64,000 bases of DNA from positions 395,673 to 459,672 of the forward strand of contig NHDW01000004.1 of the NCBI GenBank assembly GCA_002170535.1, written 5' to 3'. The stretch comes from Methylococcaceae bacterium TMED69. GTDB taxonomy: Bacteria > Pseudomonadota > Gammaproteobacteria > Ga0077536. This document shows positions 53,801 through 61,720 of the stretch, piece after piece. The position numbers and the translations under genes are program-made. Positions within the stretch are counted from its first letter, which is position 1. Each line of letters begins with the position of its first letter. Below the pieces are notes generated by a model, which was not told the DNA's origin, made no database searches, and saw only the letters and a list, made by a program, of their open reading frames with translations.

Positions 53801-54776
53801 TGTATTTATTCATCACCATCTATCAGCGTCGTTTGATCAATTAAAGCAACATGAGCGCCAAAAGTTATTTGAAAAAAATAAAGCAATCTATGAAGCCAAG
53901 TGGGGAGAATGGGTGCCACATGGGTATCGAGATCCGGAACCAGTTAATCAAGATGAAATGTTTAGTCTTCCTGCAGTATTTCAGAGTCAAAAATATTTTG
54001 CAGGGACTTGTATTGCTTGTGGTAAGTCTGCTCGTTTTTTTTATCAAGATGTATCGCTCTGGCGGGAGTCATTGATTTGCGAACATTGCTACACAACGAG
54101 TCGTTATCGGTCGATTGCTCGAGGGCTTTTGCTCGCAATAAATGAACTGACGGGCATTGAGGCATCCTCGCTATCGATACTTCCTCGTGCTCACGATAAG
54201 CGACTAAGCGTCTACGATACGCAACCTCCCTTTTACTTTGGCTCTTGCTCTTACCCGTTACCTGAACTATTAAAAACAACTAAATGGATTGATGTCAAAT
54301 TATCACAATACCGTTCCGATAAAAAGCTTGGAAAGAGATTGTCAAAAGGCGTAACAAATCAAAATTTAGAATGCCTCACTTTCCCCGATGCTTCTCTAGA
54401 TATTATAATTACCAGTGATGTTATGGAACATGTCCGCCTCGATGATCGTGCACATCGTGAGATTTATCGAGTTTTAAAACCAGGAGGCATATATCTCTTC
54501 ACCGTTCCCCATGACCGGTCATGGGAAAATACCGTTACTCGTGTGCAGATTACCGATCCAGGTGATCCTGCTAAAGATATCCACCTTCTCGAACCAGAAT
54601 ATCATGGGGATACTAATAGTCCTGAGGGCACCGGTGTGCTCGCATATCGTGCTTATGGAAGAGACCTTGAAGTTTTTTTGGCTGAGATTGGCTTTGAAGT
54701 TATTTATGAACGAGAAGATTATAAGTCGTTGGGAATAATGAATACCGAATTATATTTTTGTCGTAAGCAAGTGTAA
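50832..54776 (+). CDS. 1314-aa multidomain glycan-assembly enzyme: MTase / charged helical linker / GT-B (GT4-like) / GT2 / Zn-ribbon + MTase
   Basis: MTase 1 is marked by MLDVGSGPE...VDVLEHV. The linker is ERTHERDRAREERDKALVDRALSEARV followed by SWRLTRPLR (51822-51848). The GT-B part starts near 52089 and contains NPVKIYEYMCAGKPVV. The GT2 part starts near 53181 (VSVIVVTYNN...VVDNASKDGT...LLNNDT...EDDDY). The CIACG...CEHC ribbon starts at 54009, and MTase 2 is marked by ITSDVMEHV...LKPGGIYLF. Confidence 0.85.
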   Translation: MEFRESKLDINTPTQIIFDQYSRYLACSKLLQNAGLNKGASMLDVGSGPECLFGSFLPDIQITYLDPLISVEDGQHIKGDIFSEHLNDLSFSAVVAVDVLEHVPPDRRNVFLKRVSELSSDVIVLGFPNSDTLDASQLDLALEQQYRNIYGSDYYWLQEHHEYGLPSLKDTQAQLEHQGWYCHSVGHGHTPWLRELLGFVICAWDNPLYKNLIVSISERFNEILAQYDFSEPSYRQFIIATRQRSVTRFQPSDTAQTFEEANRLFDELMQYARTEFYKLALRPMDENPPIYMQLLKERTHERDRAREERDKALVDRALSEARVQQAYNSTSWRLTRPLRVGARLVRHGLTKQDRQKLIQALRNQYHSLPIPRLIKGLVSRVYHQQLLRKFFVGVHRNLRFEKTFQLPDEKLKSQQYGKPDYIIWGVIDWHFRHQRPQQIALALAATGRRVFYISPLLVDDQCAGFEVEALDTSKQLFQIKLFANNAPSIYMDEPNLETAAQLKQSLGEVLNWTESKQINSLVDHPFWLDIAVVVPNSRLIYDCMDHHAGFGSISDSLLQLEKRLLAEAELAICTSSWLKESVSPHAKQTILIRNAADYVHFSYAYPYRDPKGRRIIGYYGAIAEWFDLDLIEAVAIQHPDCCVLLVGSDTVDASSRLSKFKNITFLGEVPYEELPYYLHGFDVCLLPFKVTPLTLATNPVKIYEYMCAGKPVVAVDLPEMAQFEGLVYSVTGKDAFLDSLKNVLSQPEPEDLIWKRRAFAQHQTWRDRTETLIKNAESSNRDPRVSVIVVTYNNLNLTKECLSSLELHSQYQNLEIIVVDNASKDGTLAYLNSWVMRNKKNSLILNSENRGFAAANNQGLEVATGDYLVLLNNDTYVTLGWIRTLIRHIETDKNIGLIGPVTNNIGNEARVNIDYGNMDEMQVKSLAYTRRHIGQTYPLRTAAFFCVMMPRSTYERVGPLDEAFGRGFFEDDDYCRRVEQLGLRIVCAEDVFIHHHLSASFDQLKQHERQKLFEKNKAIYEAKWGEWVPHGYRDPEPVNQDEMFSLPAVFQSQKYFAGTCIACGKSARFFYQDVSLWRESLICEHCYTTSRYRSIARGLLLAINELTGIEASSLSILPRAHDKRLSVYDTQPPFYFGSCSYPLPELLKTTKWIDVKLSQYRSDKKLGKRLSKGVTNQNLECLTFPDASLDIIITSDVMEHVRLDDRAHREIYRVLKPGGIYLFTVPHDRSWENTVTRVQITDPGDPAKDIHLLEPEYHGDTNSPEGTGVLAYRAYGRDLEVFLAEIGFEVIYEREDYKSLGIMNTELYFCRKQV

Positions 54777-57262
54777 TGCTTAATCGACCTGTAGCCAAAA
54801 CTCCTTCTACTTTCTTGACTTCAAAACTCATTGGTTTGTTATTAGCTATCTGTGCCGTCATAACAACATGGGGTTTTTTGCAAACAACCCCATTACTCAT
54901 TTCCTCTGTTGGCTGGGAGCGTTTGCATCAGTACGTAATTTTCTTGATGGGCGGCGCATCTGCGTTACTGTTTGGTGGATTTATAGTGAATCAGATATCA
55001 AAACAGTTCAATTTAAATATTTATGCTATTGGAGTGGGTATTGCTAGTACCGTTGTAATCCTTGCTGGTGCGATTTGGCCTGTATTTGTAACAATATGGA
55101 TCGCTATTGCCAGCTATCTGCTTGGTATATCTTTTCTTCGGCTGCTTCGCACTAACGTCACTAAAGTAACAGGTACTTCCGCATTTTTAGTAGGTGCGTG
55201 TCTTTACGGAACTGTAGTCGGTCTGGCAGCGCATTATCCTATCAATTATCCCGGAGTATATGGTGTTGCACTAACAGTGCCTGTGCTGCTGGGCTGGCGC
55301 TTAATACTTTCAGCGATTCAATCGCTTCATAAGCATCTAAATGCGTCAGCTGAAACAAAATATTTGGACTTAGCTATTGTATTAATTGGCCTAGTTCATT
55401 TCACAGTATCTCTTATGCCAGAGGTTGGACACGACGCGCTAGCCATGCATCTTTTTATTCCAGGACATTTAGTCTTGCGGCATGAGTGGGGTTTTAATGC
55501 AGAGACTTATGTTTGGGCTGTTATGCCAGCACTCGGCGACTGGCTCTTTTCTCTTGGTTATATGTTGGCGGGTGAGCAAGCTGCACGTCTAATAAATGTT
55601 GGGTTCATTTTCATCTTAAGCTGGTTGATTCGTGATCTTGCATTGTGGGCTGGGGCAGGAGAGAAAGCAGCACGATGGTCAGTGCTCTTATTTCTAAGCA
55701 CTCCGTTGACTTTTACTGAAAGCAGCAGTTTGTTTATTGAAGGCATCTGGGCCGCGTTTATTGTCGGAGGTTCACTGAGCGTATTTAAGATAGGGCAGTC
55801 AAATGGCGAACGAGCAATTAATATTCTTCTAGCCGGTATTTTTCTGGGTGGCGCACTTGCTGCGAAGGCGGTAACTTTTACAATCTTGCCCGCGCTGTTC
55901 ATAGTATTGGTATGGCATTGTCGGTTATGGGTCAAGTCTGAGTTAACAGGTGCCATATTGTTAGGTTTAGCTCTGCTTATGACTATCGGTTCAATTCCTT
56001 ACATGACCGCTTGGTATTTAACAGGGAATCCGGTTTTCCCATTTTTCAATCATATTTTTCAATCCTCCCTTTATCCTGCGGTAGCCTTCGATCAATCAGG
56101 AATCTTTGCTAAAGGTTTAACTTGGGATGTGTTGTATCAAGTAACGTTTCATTCACAGAAATTCTTAGAAAGCAGAATGGGTGCAGCGGGTTTTCAGTGG
56201 ATCTTACTGTTTGTACCTGCCTTACTGACCCTCCTGGCCATTCGCCAGCGCAGGGGATTTATTTTATTTTCGGTCGCAATGCTATCCGTCGCGTTAACTT
56301 TTCAGTCGACGGCTTATTTGCGATATATCTTTCCTGCTTTCGCTTGGGTTGCTGCAGGCGTAGGTGTAGCGCTGTCAGTTTGGGATACTGATTCCGTTAG
56401 ACTCAAAAGATTTGTATATTTTATTATGTGGTCGGTAATTCTGTTAAATATTGTGTTTTTTAAATCCGGCACTAGTTTTGGTCAATTATCAGTTCAGCCT
56501 TTGGCGAGTAAATTGGGGCGAGAAGTTTATCTTAATAGCAGAGTGCCTATCAGAAATGCAGTTGAGTTAGTGAATAAACTCAATCCCTCAGGTTCACCCG
56601 TCGTAGTGTTTTCATCTCCCTTAGCCGCAGGACTGAATTCAGATGCCCTTTATCCCAATTGGTATAATCATCGTTTTCAAAGGAGAGTTTCTGAAACAAA
56701 AACTTCAGAGGATATCGCGCAGCTTATGATGGAGTATGGTTCTGACTATGTTATTCTTGACGACTATTGGGCGACAATTGAGAAACGTGAACTGATTGAA
56801 AACGCAACACAAAAAATTATTAAGATTAACAATATTGCTGTGCGCAAATTAAATAGCTCCTATCGATTTCAAACCGAACTATTAAAAAATTCTGATTTTT
56901 CTAGTTTGGATGGCTGGAAGCTTTCAGCTGGCGCTAAACTAAATGAGGCGTCAGGACAGATTGAAGTATCTGTGTCGGTTCCCGCATCTCAAACTGTGGT
57001 AGTGCAGCCTGGACGTCACTATCAAAATAGCGTGACAGCAAAGTGTGGCAGTCAGCCAAGTCAAGGTAGAGTACAGGTTAATTGGTTAGATTCAAAAAGC
57101 AGATTCATATCCACGGATATATATGTCTTTGAATGTACACCCTCTGAAACTACTCAAATTATTGAAACCGTCGCGCCACGGAACGCAACATTTGGAACTG
57201 TTTATGCCACCGGTCATACTGATACCCCCATCCTCATCACTGAGGTTTCTCTAAAACAATGA
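54776..57262 (+). CDS. Large polytopic membrane protein (GT-C-like) with a C-terminal soluble beta-rich, CBM-like domain
   Basis: 828 aa. I read more than 10 hydrophobic helices in the first 560 aa or so. A soluble region follows, and the last 125 aa or so (about 56873-57259) look like a jelly-roll. The start overlaps the upstream stop (TAATG). Confidence 0.7.
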   Translation: MLNRPVAKTPSTFLTSKLIGLLLAICAVITTWGFLQTTPLLISSVGWERLHQYVIFLMGGASALLFGGFIVNQISKQFNLNIYAIGVGIASTVVILAGAIWPVFVTIWIAIASYLLGISFLRLLRTNVTKVTGTSAFLVGACLYGTVVGLAAHYPINYPGVYGVALTVPVLLGWRLILSAIQSLHKHLNASAETKYLDLAIVLIGLVHFTVSLMPEVGHDALAMHLFIPGHLVLRHEWGFNAETYVWAVMPALGDWLFSLGYMLAGEQAARLINVGFIFILSWLIRDLALWAGAGEKAARWSVLLFLSTPLTFTESSSLFIEGIWAAFIVGGSLSVFKIGQSNGERAINILLAGIFLGGALAAKAVTFTILPALFIVLVWHCRLWVKSELTGAILLGLALLMTIGSIPYMTAWYLTGNPVFPFFNHIFQSSLYPAVAFDQSGIFAKGLTWDVLYQVTFHSQKFLESRMGAAGFQWILLFVPALLTLLAIRQRRGFILFSVAMLSVALTFQSTAYLRYIFPAFAWVAAGVGVALSVWDTDSVRLKRFVYFIMWSVILLNIVFFKSGTSFGQLSVQPLASKLGREVYLNSRVPIRNAVELVNKLNPSGSPVVVFSSPLAAGLNSDALYPNWYNHRFQRRVSETKTSEDIAQLMMEYGSDYVILDDYWATIEKRELIENATQKIIKINNIAVRKLNSSYRFQTELLKNSDFSSLDGWKLSAGAKLNEASGQIEVSVSVPASQTVVVQPGRHYQNSVTAKCGSQPSQGRVQVNWLDSKSRFISTDIYVFECTPSETTQIIETVAPRNATFGTVYATGHTDTPILITEVSLKQ

Positions 57263-58278
57263 CTAAAAACTTAACTGATAATTTATTTCAGGATGTTCAA
57301 GTAGCTGTTGTTATTCCTTGCTTTAAAGTAACTAAGCAAATTGTTAATGTTATCTCTGCTATTCCTTCCGGCGTTTGGCGCATTTATGTCATCGATGATG
57401 CATGTCCGGATGGCTCGGGTAAAATGGTAAACAAAAATGTGACTGACCCAAGAGCGAAAGTTATATTCCATAGCAAAAATTTAGGCGTTGGTGGCGCTGT
57501 GATTACCGGGTATAAGGCTGCTATTTTCGACGGAGCGGATGTAATCGTAAAAGTTGATGGTGATGGTCAGATGGATCCGTTGCTTATCCCCGATTTTATT
57601 TCTCCTATTATTATAGGTGAAGCTGATTATACAAAAGGGAATCGGTTTTTTGATCTCGAGGAGATTCGTATTATGCCAAAATTGCGTTTATTTGGTAACG
57701 CGGTGCTGTCATTGATGGCAAAGTTATCAACTGGCTATTGGAATTTATTCGACCCTACTAATGGCTTTACCGCAATTCATGCCGACGTTGCCAAGCAACT
57801 GCCGTTTGCAAAAATTAGTGAGCGCTACTTTTTCGAAACAGACATTCTTTTTCGTCTCAACACATTACGGGCAGTCGTCATTGATGTTCCAATGAGTGCG
57901 AAATATGGAGAAGAAGTAAGCAATATTAAGATATCGAATATCATAGGTGAATTCCTATTTAAACATATCCGGAATTTTTTTAAGCGTATTTTTTATAACT
58001 ATTATCTGCGTGACTTGTCGTTAGCATCAATTGAGTTACCGTTAGGTGTTTTGTTGTTCCTATTTGGCGCAGGTTTTGGAGGTTATAGTTGGTATGACTC
58101 GGCACGCGTCAACGAGGTGACGCCTGCAGGCACTGTTATGTTAGCGGCACTTCCTATACTAATGGGATTGCAACTAATATTGGCATTTTTAGGTAACGAC
58201 ATTGCTTCGATACCGCGCAGGCCCAGACAGAAAATGTTCCGGCAACTTAGCTCGTACAACAAAGGTAAAAATAAGTGA
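57259..58278 (+). CDS. GT2 polyprenyl-phosphate glycosyltransferase (GtrB/ArnC/DPM1-like) with C-terminal TM helices
   Basis: It carries VAVVIPCFKV, VIDDACPDGSG and VKVDGDGQMDP, and has two C-terminal hydrophobic helices. Confidence 0.85.
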   Translation: MTKNLTDNLFQDVQVAVVIPCFKVTKQIVNVISAIPSGVWRIYVIDDACPDGSGKMVNKNVTDPRAKVIFHSKNLGVGGAVITGYKAAIFDGADVIVKVDGDGQMDPLLIPDFISPIIIGEADYTKGNRFFDLEEIRIMPKLRLFGNAVLSLMAKLSTGYWNLFDPTNGFTAIHADVAKQLPFAKISERYFFETDILFRLNTLRAVVIDVPMSAKYGEEVSNIKISNIIGEFLFKHIRNFFKRIFYNYYLRDLSLASIELPLGVLLFLFGAGFGGYSWYDSARVNEVTPAGTVMLAALPILMGLQLILAFLGNDIASIPRRPRQKMFRQLSSYNKGKNK

Positions 58279-58350
58279 GATTACTTAATATGTTTTTATT
58301 GACGTATTGCATTCAGGCAAGTTGAGGCGGGTCTACGGAGTCGCCACTGT

Positions 58351-58761
58351 ATGAACCAGAAAAAAATTAAACCCATAGAATTAGCCTCTTATATAGGCAT
58401 TCAGGGCTTAGCGTTTGCTTTGGACAACATTATTTTCTTTTCCGTCCTTGCCTTAGGTTTGACCGGTTCACTCGTGGTTGCGTTGGGTGTTGCCCGCACC
58501 ATAAGTTCGATATTCGCGTTTCTTATGCACGCGCAGTTTACTTTTCCGCAGAAAAAAAAGCGAGGATTAAAGGCTCAACTCACAAGCTTTTATGCAATGA
58601 TTTTAGTTCATTTTTTTTTTACGGCACTATGTTTACAACTCCTGACCCAAATCGGTTGGAGCCCCCTATTTGCAAAGATCATAATCGACATACTGGGTGC
58701 TCTTTTGGTATATTTAGCTATGAAATTCGTAACCTTCCTGCCTGCGGACTGGGCATCATAA
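58351..58761 (+). CDS. GtrA-family small membrane protein (candidate polyprenyl-P-sugar flippase)
   Basis: 136 aa with four predicted TM helices and a GtrA-like motif FAFLMHAQFTF. It lies next to the GtrB-like GT2. Confidence 0.75.
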   Translation: MNQKKIKPIELASYIGIQGLAFALDNIIFFSVLALGLTGSLVVALGVARTISSIFAFLMHAQFTFPQKKKRGLKAQLTSFYAMILVHFFFTALCLQLLTQIGWSPLFAKIIIDILGALLVYLAMKFVTFLPADWAS

Positions 58762-58797
58762 GGAAAAGCTGGAAAAGCTATAATGAGGTAAAAAGTT

Positions 58798-59565
58798 ATG
58801 AAAGTAGTAATTTTAGCTGGCGGACGGGGGACCCGAATTCGTGAAGTATCTAACGATAAACCGAAACCGATGGTTGAAATTGACGATCGTCCGATAATTT
58901 GGCACATCATGGCATCCTACGCTCGGTTCGGGCTTAAAGATTTCATTGTCTGCCTTGGTTACAAAGGACATATGATCGCTGATTATTTTCGGAATTACAG
59001 AGAGCGAAATTCAGATCTGATAGTCGATCTGGGCTCTGAGAAAGTATCATTCGTAAACCCCTGCGAAGAAGATTGGAAAATTACCCTCGTGCAGACTGGT
59101 CTTAACACAATGACCGGTGGACGTATTAAGAGAGTAGCAAAGTACCTTGACGATGATGATTTTTGTTTGACTTATGGCGATGCTGTAAGCGATGTGGATA
59201 TTCCTTCATTAATAGAACAGCACAATTCCTCTGGTTCGAAGGCAAGCGTTACCGCTGTAAGGCCAGTTGGTAGGTTTGGGCTTCTGAGCCTTGGTCCAAA
59301 CAATAGAGTGTCATCATTTATGGAAAAGCCTGAAGCGGAGGACGGCTGGATAAACGGGGGTTTTTTTGTTCTAAAACAGTCGGTGATTGACTATATCGGT
59401 GGTGATCAGACCATTTGGGAGCGCGATCCTTTGGAACGTTTGGCTGCAGAGAACGAACTCAGCGTTTACCTGCACAACAATTTCTGGCAGTGCATGGACA
59501 CTTATCGTGATTGGGAACTCTTGAACAAAATGTGCGAAAATCAACATCGACCGTGGCTAGGTTAG
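58798..59565 (+). CDS. rfbF: Glucose-1-phosphate cytidylyltransferase
   Basis: MKVVILAGGRGTRIREVSNDKPKPMVEIDDRPIIWHIM is the canonical RfbF/DdhA N-terminus. The protein is 255 aa. Confidence 0.93.
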   Translation: MKVVILAGGRGTRIREVSNDKPKPMVEIDDRPIIWHIMASYARFGLKDFIVCLGYKGHMIADYFRNYRERNSDLIVDLGSEKVSFVNPCEEDWKITLVQTGLNTMTGGRIKRVAKYLDDDDFCLTYGDAVSDVDIPSLIEQHNSSGSKASVTAVRPVGRFGLLSLGPNNRVSSFMEKPEAEDGWINGGFFVLKQSVIDYIGGDQTIWERDPLERLAAENELSVYLHNNFWQCMDTYRDWELLNKMCENQHRPWLG

Positions 59566-59566
59566 C

Positions 59567-60652
59567 ATGGCTATAAATTCTGATTTTTGGAGGGCCAAAT
59601 CAGTTTTTGTTACGGGCCATACCGGCTTTAAAGGAAGTTGGTTAACTATTTGGCTCGCGAAAATGGGAGCCAACGTTCACGGCTACGCGCTTTCTCCTGA
59701 GCAGCCAAAAAGCTTGTTTGATCAAGCAAATGTGAACAGCTATCTTTCGTCACATACAATTGGTGACGTGGTCGATAGATTAAAATTGGCACAATGCATT
59801 AAGACTAGTGACCCAGATGTTATTTTTCACCTTGCGGCCCAACCACTCGTATTAGAATCGTACACCAATCCTGTCAAAACATTTGAGGTCAACATTCAAG
59901 GCACCGTCAATTTGCTAGATATTAGCCGCAATCTTTCTAAGCAGTGTGCAATTATTGTAGTCACATCGGATAAATGTTATGAAAACAATGAATGGGAATG
60001 GCCATATCGCGAGGTCGATCGTTTGGGAGGCTCCGACCCATATAGCAACAGCAAGGCATGTGCCGAACTCGTAGTAAGCTCATTCAGAAAGTCTTATTTT
60101 TCTAAGCTTGAAAGTAGTGCGCCCTGGCACGGGCTGGCTACTGCAAGGGCCGGTAATGTGATTGGTGGCTGCGATTGGGCGCGGCACAGGCTTATACCAG
60201 ATTTTTTTCGTTCCCTTGAAGAAAAATCCCCACTGCAAGTAAGAAACCCGACCGCGACGCGCCCTTGGCAGAATATTCTGGAATGTCTAGGAGGGTACTT
60301 ATTGCTTGCCGAAAAACTTTATGATTCGCCTGAGCAGTATTCGAATGCTTGGAATTTTGGACCATTACCGCAACAAAATCTTTCCGTACAGCAACTGATA
60401 GATACACTAAATCAACTTTGTGAATCGAAGGCGGACATTTCTTATCAGCCTCTCATTCATGGGAGCGAGCATCAACAATTGGCTCTCGATATTAGCAAGG
60501 CCAATCTAAAATTGGGATGGTACCCTATTTGGAAAATCGAAGACACTTTAGAAGCACTGGTGGCTTGTTACTTAGCTGGTGACGACGAGGTTGAGCTTAG
60601 TTCCCTTATCGATCAACAAATTAATTTCCATGCTAAACTTTCGGTTAAATAA
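59567..60652 (+). CDS. rfbG: CDP-glucose 4,6-dehydratase
   Basis: 361 aa with VTGHTGFKGSWL and YSNSKACAEL (YxxxK). It immediately follows rfbF. Confidence 0.92.
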   Translation: MAINSDFWRAKSVFVTGHTGFKGSWLTIWLAKMGANVHGYALSPEQPKSLFDQANVNSYLSSHTIGDVVDRLKLAQCIKTSDPDVIFHLAAQPLVLESYTNPVKTFEVNIQGTVNLLDISRNLSKQCAIIVVTSDKCYENNEWEWPYREVDRLGGSDPYSNSKACAELVVSSFRKSYFSKLESSAPWHGLATARAGNVIGGCDWARHRLIPDFFRSLEEKSPLQVRNPTATRPWQNILECLGGYLLLAEKLYDSPEQYSNAWNFGPLPQQNLSVQQLIDTLNQLCESKADISYQPLIHGSEHQQLALDISKANLKLGWYPIWKIEDTLEALVACYLAGDDEVELSSLIDQQINFHAKLSVK

Positions 60653-60665
60653 TAAGGAGTAGTAG

Positions 60666-60770
60666 ATGCAACAACGAAGACTTCCGAGTAAAATGAGAGA
60701 CGAAGTTGGGGCTTTATTTATTGAATACTATGAGGCCGCACATCTCCAACAACTCCTTCCGATCAGATGA
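60666..60770 (+). CDS. 34-codon small ORF, possibly the 5' remnant of an rfbH-type gene
   Basis: AAGGAG lies 6 nt upstream of the ATG at 60666. The stop TGA overlaps the ATG of the next gene (GATGA). The peptide is MQQRRLPSKMRDEVGALFIEYYEAAHLQQLLPIR. It is too short for the ORF track. Confidence 0.3.
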   Translation: MQQRRLPSKMRDEVGALFIEYYEAAHLQQLLPIR

Positions 60771-61720
60771 ATATTCTCGTCACCGGTGCATCGGGATTTA
60801 TTGGCGCGCATGTCTGTATTGCATTAGCTCAAAGGGGCCACATTGTGATTGGTCTCACGAGACAAAGCGGATGGCCACATCGTGTTCAAACACTAGATGA
60901 AAACAATATAGCTAACCGGTCAGTTCGAATTAGCCGAAGCACCCTTAATTTCTTTCAAGGCGATCTTTTAAATTCTCAGGTTTTAAAAAAAATTTTCCAA
61001 AATGAGAAAATTGAAATTGTTTTACATCTAGCTGCCTATGCCGTGCAGTCCAGAGAAAACGATGCCAATTTAGCCCATAAGTTGAACGTTGAGGCAACTA
61101 AAAATTTAGCGCAGCATGCAGCCGATTGTGGCTGTGCGCGTTTCGTTTATTTAGGCACCGCGCGTGAATATGGAGATATCCAAAATACTGTTACCGAAGC
61201 GCAACCGACTAATCCGGTCTGCTTGTATGGCAAAACCAAACTAGAGGGGGGGCTCGCCGTCCAAACGATATGTTCAGATAGCAAGATGGCATTGTCTTAC
61301 TTTCGCCTGTTTAACTCCTATGGTCCGCTCGAGGATAGTGCAAAATTTTTTCCTTCGATTATAAAAGGTCTGGCAAACGGTGAACCCATGTCTCTTTCGG
61401 ACGGTCATCAATCAAAGGATTTTCTTTTCATTAGCGATGTAGTCGGTGCGATCATTGCCTTATTGGATCGGCATAATGGGCCGGCTTTTGAACTTTTAAA
61501 TTTAGCGTCGGGTAAAACTTATACGTTAAGGGAAATCGGACAGATAGCGTGTAAAACTTTTAAAGCCGACAGCAGGCTGCTAAGGTGGGGGGAGGTGACA
61601 ACATCTGATCAGGGAGCGGCTTGGTTTAACGTAGATCTAACACACATCAAAAAGAATCTTAATTGGAGTCCTATGATTCCGATTGAAGAAGGTGTTAGGC
61701 AAATGAGAGTATTCCAATGA
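60767..61720 (+). CDS. NAD(P)-dependent sugar epimerase/reductase (SDR; CDP-sugar synthase/epimerase-like)
   Basis: It begins MNILVTGASGFIGAHV and has the catalytic YGKTKLEGG (YxxxK). It lies downstream of rfbF-rfbG. Confidence 0.82.
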   Translation: MNILVTGASGFIGAHVCIALAQRGHIVIGLTRQSGWPHRVQTLDENNIANRSVRISRSTLNFFQGDLLNSQVLKKIFQNEKIEIVLHLAAYAVQSRENDANLAHKLNVEATKNLAQHAADCGCARFVYLGTAREYGDIQNTVTEAQPTNPVCLYGKTKLEGGLAVQTICSDSKMALSYFRLFNSYGPLEDSAKFFPSIIKGLANGEPMSLSDGHQSKDFLFISDVVGAIIALLDRHNGPAFELLNLASGKTYTLREIGQIACKTFKADSRLLRWGEVTTSDQGAAWFNVDLTHIKKNLNWSPMIPIEEGVRQMRVFQ

